Shown: positions 8,889 to 19,281, counted from the stretch's first letter. The stretch is 32,000 bases of DNA from Bellilinea caldifistulae (GCF_001306055.1 NZ_LGHJ01000016.1:120001-152000), one strand, 5' to 3'. The notes: generated by a model from the sequence alone, not told the origin. Program-made: numbers and translations.

Positions 8889-9626
8889 TTAGGGGACAAA
8901 GCCAATCGCATAAAACGTCGGTACGAATAAGACACGTGTTCCCTCCAGCCATGCATGGCGGTCGGCTTTTTCTAGTGCTTCGATTTCTTCGGGTTTGCAA
9001 TAATTTTCCAGGTCTGAGCGGATGACCGACCACTCAAGATCAATCTCCTGCGGATGAGGTTGATCTTTTGTCCATTGAGCAGCCATAACCCCGCTTTCGA
9101 TGTCAATTAACCCCGCCGTCTCGAACCAGGCACGAATTTTTCGACCGGTGAAGGGGTCTGCGCCTTGATCGCGTAATGATTGAATCTGATATTTTCCAAT
9201 CGCACTCAGGGAGGATGGATAATCTATCCTGCCGCCGTAATCCGGTTCAGCCATGGCGATCACCGCGCCACCGCTACGTGTGATGCGAATCATCTCTTGC
9301 AGGACATTTGCTCCATTGACCCACATCAGAAAAAAATGACAAAAGCAATAATCCATGCTCTTCGAGACAAACGGCAGGTAATGAGCATCTGAACAAATCA
9401 GTGAGGCGGATGGCAGCAAAGTCTGAGTGATTTGCAGGCTCGAGAAATCTATATCCAGTCCAAATATACCGTTTTCGCCTGAAAATTCTCGCAATACTGC
9501 GCCGCTACCGCAGCCAACTTCCAATACCCGATTTAAGGGTTGTATTCCGGCTTTTTGGATCAGGTATGCGCGTAGTTGAGCCGTCCACCGGGCCTGTTGT
9601 TGATAGCGTTGATGCCAGTCTATCAT
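8889..9626 (-). CDS. Class I SAM-dependent methyltransferase
   Basis: The ORF track gives 8889..9674. I prefer the ATG at 9626 (MIDWHQRY...), which overlaps the upstream stop as ATGA. Motif I is VLEVGCGSGAVL, with downstream acidic and post-I motifs. Confidence 0.8.
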   Translation of the reverse strand: MIDWHQRYQQQARWTAQLRAYLIQKAGIQPLNRVLEVGCGSGAVLREFSGENGIFGLDIDFSSLQITQTLLPSASLICSDAHYLPFVSKSMDYCFCHFFLMWVNGANVLQEMIRITRSGGAVIAMAEPDYGGRIDYPSSLSAIGKYQIQSLRDQGADPFTGRKIRAWFETAGLIDIESGVMAAQWTKDQPHPQEIDLEWSVIRSDLENYCKPEEIEALEKADRHAWLEGTRVLFVPTFYAIGFVP

Positions 9627-10810
9627 GCTTCGGTCTGATTCAATTTTTGAGCATTTTGCCAGATTGTTGCCCAATCATCGGTGAGGAAATTGCCAAGAAG
9701 AATGGTTTTACCTTGCGCAGGTAGTACATCTCCATCGGGTTCAACGTAAAGCCAGGCGTTGCCAGCGCCGTCAAAATATTCTGCCTGTCCTTCGGTTTGT
9801 AATTCAAGACCGATGGGGTTTAACTCGGAGTAAGGTACTGGTAAGTCCCATACAAGGGACATCTGGTGAGCAAACGCATGCTCCTGCGCTTGTTGAAGGA
9901 TGGGTTTCAAGGAAGGGTCTTCAATCGTAAGACTGAGCGATTTAACATTCAATTCTGCCAGTTTTTCAAGGATTTCGTTCAGCCGATTCTGATTACGAAC
10001 GGAAATGGTCAGATGAACCGTTACAAAAAGGTCAGATGCAATCGAATCTCGGATGGCTTCCCAGCAGTATTCTTCCTGTTCGTCCAGCACAATCATCAAA
10101 TGATCGAGACCTGCCTGAAGGATATCCGAAAGAAATTTATGCTCGGAGAAGCGGTATCCGCTGGTCAGCACACCGGTTACCATTCCTATCCTTTCGGCAA
10201 ATTCAACCAGTTCAATTAGATCGGGGCGTAAAGCCGGTTCACCGCCCGTGAATATCACATGTGGAATGCCAGCGTTCCATGCTTTTTCCAAAATGGTTTG
10301 CCATTCTTTGGTCAGCAATTCCCTCTTTACCCTTTCAAGCGGGGTAGAACCGGTGGTACGGGGGGTAGGGGTAGCATAAGTCAAGGCGCAATCCAGCCGT
10401 AGCGGAGCACTCAACCGACGCTCATGCACATTCACGCGGTCAAATTCCAGATATGTAACCGGATCGAGGTCGGTTGTTTCAATCAAAGTCATCAACCGGT
10501 CACGGAATGAGATGAAATCTTGCCGGACCTGTTCTTTGCTGACCCGATATCGTTTGGATAATTCACTGGCGACTTCTTCTTCAGTATGCTGCTGGATGAG
10601 GTGATAGGCGTACTCTGCCCCCGTCTGATTGAGGTGAAGCACCGTTGAGGCATTGAGGATGAGTACACCGCTCCCATCCCCCTCGATTCGGAGATGAAGA
10701 CGATAGGGAAAGGCGGCTTCGGGTGGGGCAATGAAAGTATAAATCCCCGCTTCCAGTGGTTGGACGGGTTGAAAAATGCGATTGATAGTCTCTCGAATTC
10801 GATTGAACAT
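9623..10810 (-). CDS. Cysteine-less paralog of the adjacent radical SAM/SPASM enzyme (RRE-like N-domain plus degenerate rSAM core; predicted non-catalytic)
   Basis: The ORF track gives 9623..10888. I prefer the ATG at 10810 (MFNRIRETI...), with GAGGTGG upstream. It aligns by eye with the neighbour: GIYTF/GLYSF, RLHLRIEGDGSGVLILNAS/RLHLRIESDQSGTLLINAS, GIPHVIFTGGEPALRPDL/GIPHIVFTGGEPTLRDDL, AGLDH. However, CNNACAHC is replaced by ATPTPRTTGS, and the SPASM cysteines are replaced (AWLYVEPDGDVLPAQ versus MCIEPDGSVLPCQ). Only 2 Cys occur in 395 aa. Confidence 0.8.
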   Translation of the reverse strand: MFNRIRETINRIFQPVQPLEAGIYTFIAPPEAAFPYRLHLRIEGDGSGVLILNASTVLHLNQTGAEYAYHLIQQHTEEEVASELSKRYRVSKEQVRQDFISFRDRLMTLIETTDLDPVTYLEFDRVNVHERRLSAPLRLDCALTYATPTPRTTGSTPLERVKRELLTKEWQTILEKAWNAGIPHVIFTGGEPALRPDLIELVEFAERIGMVTGVLTSGYRFSEHKFLSDILQAGLDHLMIVLDEQEEYCWEAIRDSIASDLFVTVHLTISVRNQNRLNEILEKLAELNVKSLSLTIEDPSLKPILQQAQEHAFAHQMSLVWDLPVPYSELNPIGLELQTEGQAEYFDGAGNAWLYVEPDGDVLPAQGKTILLGNFLTDDWATIWQNAQKLNQTEA

Positions 10811-10824
10811 GGCCACCTCTGCTT

Positions 10825-12201
10825 TTAGTGGATGACATTTGTTGGAGTTTGTAAAGATTCGCGGGCGAGAGGACATCCGCCACCACATTCAACCACTAAT
10901 GCACAATCGTGACATTTGGCGGGTAGATTTCGGCGTTCTCTAAGCGATTGTGCCAGCTCGTGATTCCAGATTTGATCCCACGAGTCGGTGATGATATTTC
11001 CCAACGAACTGTAATAGGATTGACAGGGAAGTACACTGCCATCCGGTTCAATGCACATGTTATAGAGCGCGGCAGTGCAGCCCTTAACACCCAATTCCAT
11101 TTGAACAGGGTCAAAATTGCAGTATTCGGTTGGGGTGTACCAGATTAGGCGTTGGTTGTTTTGGGCGGTTTTGGCGCGGGCAATTTCCAGCAGGGCGGGC
11201 AGTTGATTTTCCGGAATGCCACTATTGACATTTTTGCCACGCCCGGCGTAGATCAGAGCGTTTAATCCCACAGTAGGCACTCCAATTTCTGCCAGAAAAT
11301 CAAGTGTAGCGCTTAAATGAGGTGCATTGTCTTTCAGGAGAGTTGTGTTGGTCATCACAAAAAGCCTGGATTGTAGGGCATTTTTCAAACCATCGAGGGT
11401 TTCCTGCCATGCTCCCTTATGCAATACCATTCGATCGTGAATCTCTGGAATGTGGGACTCAAAAGTGATTTGCACATGATCCAGACCGGCGTCAATCAAT
11501 TGGGAGAGGAAAGAAACATCCTTCAAGCGTCTTCCGTTGGTGTTAATGCCGGTGATTTGTCCATTTTGTTCGGCATGAGCTATCAGCAAAGGCAGATCGT
11601 CGCGAAGGGTAGGCTCGCCTCCTGTAAACACAATATGAGGGATGCCGATTTCCCAAAGTTTATCCAAAACTGAATACCAGAATTGGGTATCTTTTTCTGG
11701 GAATGCACGTGACCGGGCGTTATAACAGTGAGCGCAGGCATTGTTGCACCGGTAAGTAATTGCCAGGTCCATGCGGTACGGCCGGCTGGGATGTTTTGTA
11801 AATGGCGGAATAGTTTCAATTTCCAAATCACAAACCGGACAAACGCCTTCCGGGTTGATCAATGAGCGGAGCTGTTCGACAAACGAAAGGTAGTCCTGAG
11901 TTGCCTGTTGACGGGAAACCTGAAATAACCGCGTCAGCCAGCCAATCGCCTGATGTTCAGGAATTTTACTCAAAGCAAGGTAGGCCATGAGCGCTGCCGA
12001 TGGGTTGAAATGATAAATGCGGCTGGCGTTGATCAGTAATGTTCCGCTCTGATCACTTTCAATGCGTAAATGAAGGCGGGCTTTTCCGCCATTCTCTTCA
12101 ATCAAAAAGGAGTAAAGGCCGGCTGGCGGTGGAAAATGAACTTCCGAGGAGGAAAAAGTTCTGCGCAATTTTTCAATCCAGCGGGTTGAGAGGAAAGACA
12201 T
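10825..12201 (-). CDS. Radical SAM/SPASM-domain enzyme with N-terminal PqqD/RRE-like domain
   Basis: The ORF track gives 10825..12276. I prefer the ATG at 12201 (MSFLSTRWIEK...), with AGGAG 8 nt upstream. The rSAM motif is ITYRCNNACAHCYN (Cx3Cx2C), with GGEP present. The SPASM pattern is GCTAALYNMCIEPDGSVLPC ... CHDCALVVECGGGC. The N-terminal roughly 110 aa resemble PqqD-like peptide-recognition domains. Confidence 0.88.
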   Translation of the reverse strand: MSFLSTRWIEKLRRTFSSSEVHFPPPAGLYSFLIEENGGKARLHLRIESDQSGTLLINASRIYHFNPSAALMAYLALSKIPEHQAIGWLTRLFQVSRQQATQDYLSFVEQLRSLINPEGVCPVCDLEIETIPPFTKHPSRPYRMDLAITYRCNNACAHCYNARSRAFPEKDTQFWYSVLDKLWEIGIPHIVFTGGEPTLRDDLPLLIAHAEQNGQITGINTNGRRLKDVSFLSQLIDAGLDHVQITFESHIPEIHDRMVLHKGAWQETLDGLKNALQSRLFVMTNTTLLKDNAPHLSATLDFLAEIGVPTVGLNALIYAGRGKNVNSGIPENQLPALLEIARAKTAQNNQRLIWYTPTEYCNFDPVQMELGVKGCTAALYNMCIEPDGSVLPCQSYYSSLGNIITDSWDQIWNHELAQSLRERRNLPAKCHDCALVVECGGGCPLARESLQTPTNVIH

Positions 12202-12215
12202 CCTGAATCTCCTGA

Positions 12216-13913
12216 TTACCGTCCACCGCCAGCACAGGCGCAAGCGCAGCCAGCGCAAGCGCAGGCACATGCACAACCTCCGCCCCCTCCTCCGGAACGC
12301 CCGCTATAAGAGGAGGGTTTGGGCGGTGGATTGGTCTTATTCGTGATCCTTTCTGTGAAGGTGTTGACATTGCCTAATACACCGCTAGAGAAGGACTGAA
12401 CGCCTTTGACCATGGAGGCAGCAAAGTCTGAACCGGGCAGTTTCGGTAGAGTGACGCTTCCACCGCCTGTAGGGGTCGGGATAGTGGTTTTTGCCATCCC
12501 GCCGCCACTGGTGGAAGGAGCACTGCGAATTACGGGATCGTAACGCCACCACCACGTGGGAACTCGCACCGGTCCGCTTTGGAAGACTTCCCGTGTTCGG
12601 TCATCCCAACGGCGATCAACCATCGTCCAATCCATGACCTGTTCATAGACATCCGACTTAACTTCGGGTGTTTCGGCGGCGGCAACCTGCTGCCAGGCTT
12701 TTTCCATGATGGTTTTGTAATAATCAATGGTTTCTTTGCGGCTAAAGCCTTTCATTTTTTCTGAAACCGATTTGATCAACCCAATGACGGTATCTTGAAG
12801 TTTCGCTTCTTTCAACTTTTTGTTGGTCTGCTTGAAAGCCTCCAGGAATGTCATCTCGTAGGGTTGGAGATTTTCGGGTAATGGATCACTGATTTTCAAG
12901 ACGAGCGGTTCCCGGCTTTCAACGATGGCAGCCCCTTTTTTCAACACTGAAAACAGGATCATGGTTAACACTTTATCGAGAGGCTGCTCCATCAGGACCG
13001 CGGCTTCTACGGCGGTCAAACCGCGTTTAATGCCATGGCCCTCAACCGCAATTTTGGGCGGCAAATATTGTAATTTGCGCCGATTTGCCGCTACAGCCGA
13101 TAAAATGGGGATAATGAAGAAAAATCCCACAAAGCCAGCTGTGCATAATGTACCAATGATCGCCTCAAAGTCAACTGTGCGAAGATTGGGCGTTTCGGTT
13201 GCGACAACCACCTGAGCAGGTACGAGACGAATGGGGAATGAAGCCCCAAATTTGTAAGGGGTATAGACGTTGGCTTTTTCAGCGTACCACGTGTAATAAA
13301 CCCGACCCTGGTTGTCAAAACCCGACTCGACCGGTTCATTGCTGCCCGGCCAGTTGCCGGATGGGGTATGGTAGCGGGGTTCTTCGGGTTTTAAACCGGT
13401 CGGTAGTACAATGGTGAAATAGTATTCGGTGGTACCGCGAGTGAAATTCCGGTCGAAATTATTTGGAGTAATAACCAGGCTGGCGTACTCTTCGGCTTCT
13501 TGCAGGGTGGATTTACCCAATGCGCGTTCGACTTTTCCAACGTACACATGCAGAGTTCCCGTTTGTCCAGGCTGGATGGCATTACTTCCCAAATGGATTT
13601 CAACACCCGGATTGACATACTCCGAAGGGCGGATGAGGGTGGCTGGCTTTCCGTCAATCTCGGCAGAAATGGATTTTAAGTCGTAGTTTGAATTGGGCAG
13701 ACCAATATCTACGATGTCAATCGCATCCCGGCCGGGCAGGTTTTTGAAGGTAATGGTGTAGTCGAGGCTTACGCTGCCATCTGAATTGACAAAAACAACC
13801 ACCTCTTGTTTGGGAACTTCAAAGGACAGATTTTGGGCATGGACAGGCTGGATGCTCATACCGAGCATCAATGCAATGATCAACCATAAGAAAAAGAGAC
13901 GAAGAGTTCGCAT
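12216..13913 (-). CDS. DUF2207-like membrane protein with C-terminal Gly6-(Cys-Ala)n tail
   Basis: The ORF track gives 12216..14048. I prefer the ATG at 13913 (MRTLRLFFLWLIIALMLGMSIQPVHAQ, a signal peptide), with GGGAGGGTGAG upstream. Layout: beta-rich N-domain, one central TM segment (IIGTLCTAGFVGFFFIIPILSAVAA), a roughly 285-aa predicted cytoplasmic region, then the tail ...SGRSGGGGGGCACACACAGCACACAGGGR*. Confidence 0.85.
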   Translation of the reverse strand: MRTLRLFFLWLIIALMLGMSIQPVHAQNLSFEVPKQEVVVFVNSDGSVSLDYTITFKNLPGRDAIDIVDIGLPNSNYDLKSISAEIDGKPATLIRPSEYVNPGVEIHLGSNAIQPGQTGTLHVYVGKVERALGKSTLQEAEEYASLVITPNNFDRNFTRGTTEYYFTIVLPTGLKPEEPRYHTPSGNWPGSNEPVESGFDNQGRVYYTWYAEKANVYTPYKFGASFPIRLVPAQVVVATETPNLRTVDFEAIIGTLCTAGFVGFFFIIPILSAVAANRRKLQYLPPKIAVEGHGIKRGLTAVEAAVLMEQPLDKVLTMILFSVLKKGAAIVESREPLVLKISDPLPENLQPYEMTFLEAFKQTNKKLKEAKLQDTVIGLIKSVSEKMKGFSRKETIDYYKTIMEKAWQQVAAAETPEVKSDVYEQVMDWTMVDRRWDDRTREVFQSGPVRVPTWWWRYDPVIRSAPSTSGGGMAKTTIPTPTGGGSVTLPKLPGSDFAASMVKGVQSFSSGVLGNVNTFTERITNKTNPPPKPSSYSGRSGGGGGGCACACACAGCACACAGGGR

Positions 13914-13927
13914 CTCACCCTCCCGGC

Positions 13928-14290
13928 TTACCATTTCGGTTCCTCGGTCAACTGATAGGTTGTGTGACAGTAAGGGCAGGTGACTACGGGCGCTCCGGCG
14001 ACCATTTTGATGTCTTCCGGCTTTAAAGTTCCACCACAGGAACGACATTTGATGGCATCCATATTTACATTTCCGGGCAGATCAATTTTCAGAGTAACGT
14101 TGGTTTCGTCGGGTTTGGCTGATTTTCGCGTAGCCAAGAATACCAGCGCTAAGCCAATCCCCACCGTTATAACCCCAATCGGAATCCAACCCAATGAACC
14201 CTGATCGCCGGTAGAACCCCAGATGAACAACACCCCGAAAAAGATCAAAATTCCGCCGACGATCAAAGCAATAATTTTCCATGCGCTCAT
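13928..14290 (-). CDS. Small membrane protein (2 TM) with C-terminal zinc ribbon
   Basis: The track start at 14302 is TTG. I prefer the ATG at 14290 (MSAWKIIALIVGG...), preceded by GGAGGTGACC. There are two hydrophobic helices, then CRSCGG...CPYCHTTY. Confidence 0.75.
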   Translation of the reverse strand: MSAWKIIALIVGGILIFFGVLFIWGSTGDQGSLGWIPIGVITVGIGLALVFLATRKSAKPDETNVTLKIDLPGNVNMDAIKCRSCGGTLKPEDIKMVAGAPVVTCPYCHTTYQLTEEPKW

Positions 14291-14311
14291 GGTCACCTCC
14301 AATCAAAATTC

Positions 14312-14340
14312 AGTGTAACATTTTCCAAAGGGGATGACAA
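14312..14340 (-). promoter_or_regulatory. Candidate operon promoter: -35 TTGTCA, 17-nt spacer, extended -10 TGtTACACT
   Basis: The reverse strand reads TTGTCAtcccctttggaaaaTGtTACACTgaattttgattGGAGGTGaccATG. The geometry places the TSS about 15 nt upstream of the first gene. Confidence 0.45.
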
Positions 14341-14438
14341 TTTGACAAAACTCATATTCGTAGTCTGAAAATTACACGATATTTACGTTTTTTACCTTTG
14401 ATTGTATACGAGAAATTCAATTATTGGTTTTACCTTCC

Positions 14439-17702
<3,264 letters not shown>

Positions 17703-17713
17703 GTATTCAGCAA

Positions 17714-17742
17714 ACAAGGACACCCTCTTTGAGTGTCCTTGT
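17714..17742. terminator. 10-bp perfect hairpin between the rlmI stop and the tmRNA 3' end
   Basis: acaaggacac-cctctttga-gtgtccttgt. There is no clear U-tract on either strand, so terminator function is tentative. Confidence 0.4.
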
Positions 17743-17758
17743 TGGAGAGGTGGAGATG

Positions 17759-18141
17759 GCGGGAATCGAACCCGCGTCCGAAAGATTAGACCCACGAACC
17801 TCTACGAGCGTAGTTGGTCTTTGTTCTCACGGTGGATGCGCTGACCAACAGAACACATCCACCGCCAGCCGCTCGGACCCGAAAGTCCTCTTTCGCATTC
17901 TGCACGGCGAAGAATGCGGCAGCCTGACTTTGTCACGCCTGTTCTGCTACCGGTCAGGCAGCGGAGCAGACAGACGTGGCCTCACGAGGAGACCATTTGC
18001 GCTCAGCTCGGCTTAGGCAGCCAGAGGAAGAGCAGCGTAGTTTGTGCGATTGGCACTTATTTTTTGTGCTGATTTTACGAGGTCCGCACCTCTCGGCTCG
18101 CAGTCCGGGATCAGCCTCTCCCGTCGAGACCGTTCATCCCC
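17759..18141 (-). ncRNA. ssrA: tmRNA (ssrA), one-piece
   Basis: The reverse strand 5' end reads GGGGATGAACGGTCTCGACGGGAG. The 3' end reads GGACGCGGGTTCGATTCCCGCCATCTCCACC, a tRNA-Ala-like T-arm and acceptor. The internal tag frame at 18054..18013 follows AAAAAATAAGT and reads GCC AAT CGC ACA AAC TAC GCT GCT CTT CCT CTG GCT GCC TAA, giving ANRTNYAALPLAA*. Confidence 0.9.
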
Positions 18142-18152
18142 GGAGCAATAGA

Positions 18153-18158
18153 ATTATA
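18153..18158 (-). promoter_or_regulatory. -10 TATAAT upstream of ssrA
   Basis: The reverse strand reads ccgtgcTATAATtctattgctccGGGGATG, with an AT-rich upstream region. Confidence 0.4.
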
Positions 18159-18247
18159 GCACGGAAAGTTAAATATTTTATAAAAATTCTGAAATTCCTT
18201 GTCGGTAGTAAAATTGATTTGAACCATCCCATCTTTAGCGAGGGGTT

Positions 18248-19180
18248 ATGATCAGAATTTATAAAAGCACTGAAAATGGTTTAATCCAACTGGATGATTT
18301 CATTCCAAACTGCTGGATTAATGTCGTGGATCCTACACCGGATGAAATTGAACGCCTCACCGTTGAAGGCATTCCGATGGATTTTATGACCTATCCCCTT
18401 GATCTGGATGAGCGAGCCCGAACCGAGCGGGAAGATGACGGAAAAATGCTCATCTTGATCCGTATTCCGTACTATCAAGGTCCCAAAGCGGATGCTCCCT
18501 ACATTACTATTCCCCTTGGGATTATTCTGACCGACCAATATATTATTACCGTGTGCCGCTGGCAGACGGACATTATCCGCGAATTTGAAAGCGGGCGGGT
18601 GAGAGGTTTGTCAACCGGCAAACGCATCCGTTTTGTACTGCGGATATTATTGAGTAATGCATCCAAATTTCTTGCATACTTAAGGGAAATAAACCGGAAC
18701 GTGGAGCAGACAGAAGACCGATTACAACAATCGCAACAAAACAAAGAAGTACTGGAATTGCTTCAATATCAAAAAAGCCTGGTGTATTTTACAACTGCCT
18801 TAAAGGCTAATGAACTTCTACTGGAAAGACTGCAGCGGACACAATTATTCCGAATGTATCCCGATGATGAGGATTTGTTGGAGGATGTCATTACCGAGAA
18901 TCAACAAGCGATTGAAATGGTGAATATCTCTTCAAACATTTTGAGCAGTATGATGGATGCCTTTGCTTCGATCATTTCTAACAATTTAAATGTGGTAATG
19001 AAAATCCTGGCCTCGGTAACCATTCTGGTTAGCCTTCCCAATTTGATTACCAGTTTTTACGGGATGAACGTGGAACTTCCTTTGCAGCAAAATCCCATTG
19101 CCTGGGAATTGATTCTAGGAATATCCCTCTTCATGGTGGGAGTTGCTTTATTTATTTTCATCAGGCAACGATGGTTTTAG
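18248..19180 (+). CDS. corA: CorA-family magnesium/cobalt transporter
   Basis: 310-aa ORF with two C-terminal TM helices and the signature FYGMNVELP (GMN motif). Confidence 0.9.
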   Translation: MIRIYKSTENGLIQLDDFIPNCWINVVDPTPDEIERLTVEGIPMDFMTYPLDLDERARTEREDDGKMLILIRIPYYQGPKADAPYITIPLGIILTDQYIITVCRWQTDIIREFESGRVRGLSTGKRIRFVLRILLSNASKFLAYLREINRNVEQTEDRLQQSQQNKEVLELLQYQKSLVYFTTALKANELLLERLQRTQLFRMYPDDEDLLEDVITENQQAIEMVNISSNILSSMMDAFASIISNNLNVVMKILASVTILVSLPNLITSFYGMNVELPLQQNPIAWELILGISLFMVGVALFIFIRQRWF

Positions 19181-19207
19181 AGGATGTTTGGAATATAAAA
19201 TGAATTT

Positions 19208-19232
19208 AACGGGCGGAAGCCCGTTTTTTTTT
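19208..19232 (+). terminator. Rho-independent terminator of corA
   Basis: aacgggc-ggaa-gcccgtt followed by a run of 9 T. Confidence 0.85.
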
Positions 19233-19252
19233 GAGCGGCTTTGTACAGTATT

Positions 19253-19281
19253 TTCACAATCTGGTTAATTTTCATTACAAT
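19253..19281 (+). promoter_or_regulatory. Candidate promoter of the ABC operon: -35 TTCACA, 17-nt spacer, -10 TACAAT
   Basis: Motif spacing was read directly. The match is only moderate. Confidence 0.3.

Noticed and set aside
12202-12276. The Cys/Leu/Arg-rich N-terminal extension MCMCLRLRWLRLRLCWRW on the rSAM ORF, which could be mistaken for a Cys-rich leader or precursor.
   Set aside because: It is the same DNA that encodes the (Cys-Ala)n tail of the upstream gene, read in another frame. The real rSAM start is the SD-led ATG at 12201.
12219-12293. Whether the CACACA tail is an anSME-type sulfatase motif (C-x-P/A-x-R) or a simple DNA microsatellite.
   Set aside because: No C-x-[PA]-x-R spacing fits. 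Mixed synonymous codons (TGT/TGC, GCA/GCC/GCT) argue against a slipped dinucleotide or hexanucleotide repeat.
17703-18247. The tmRNA 3' end as an integration hotspot for a genomic island.
   Set aside because: The 3' end abuts rlmI and ligA (housekeeping), with only a hairpin in between. There is no integrase, no duplicated tmRNA 3' fragment and no change in gene style.
18142-18247. A possible Mg2+ (M-box) riboswitch upstream of corA.
   Set aside because: Only about 105 nt are available, and these are shared with the divergent ssrA promoter. I could not draw the multi-helix M-box structure and saw no conserved core.
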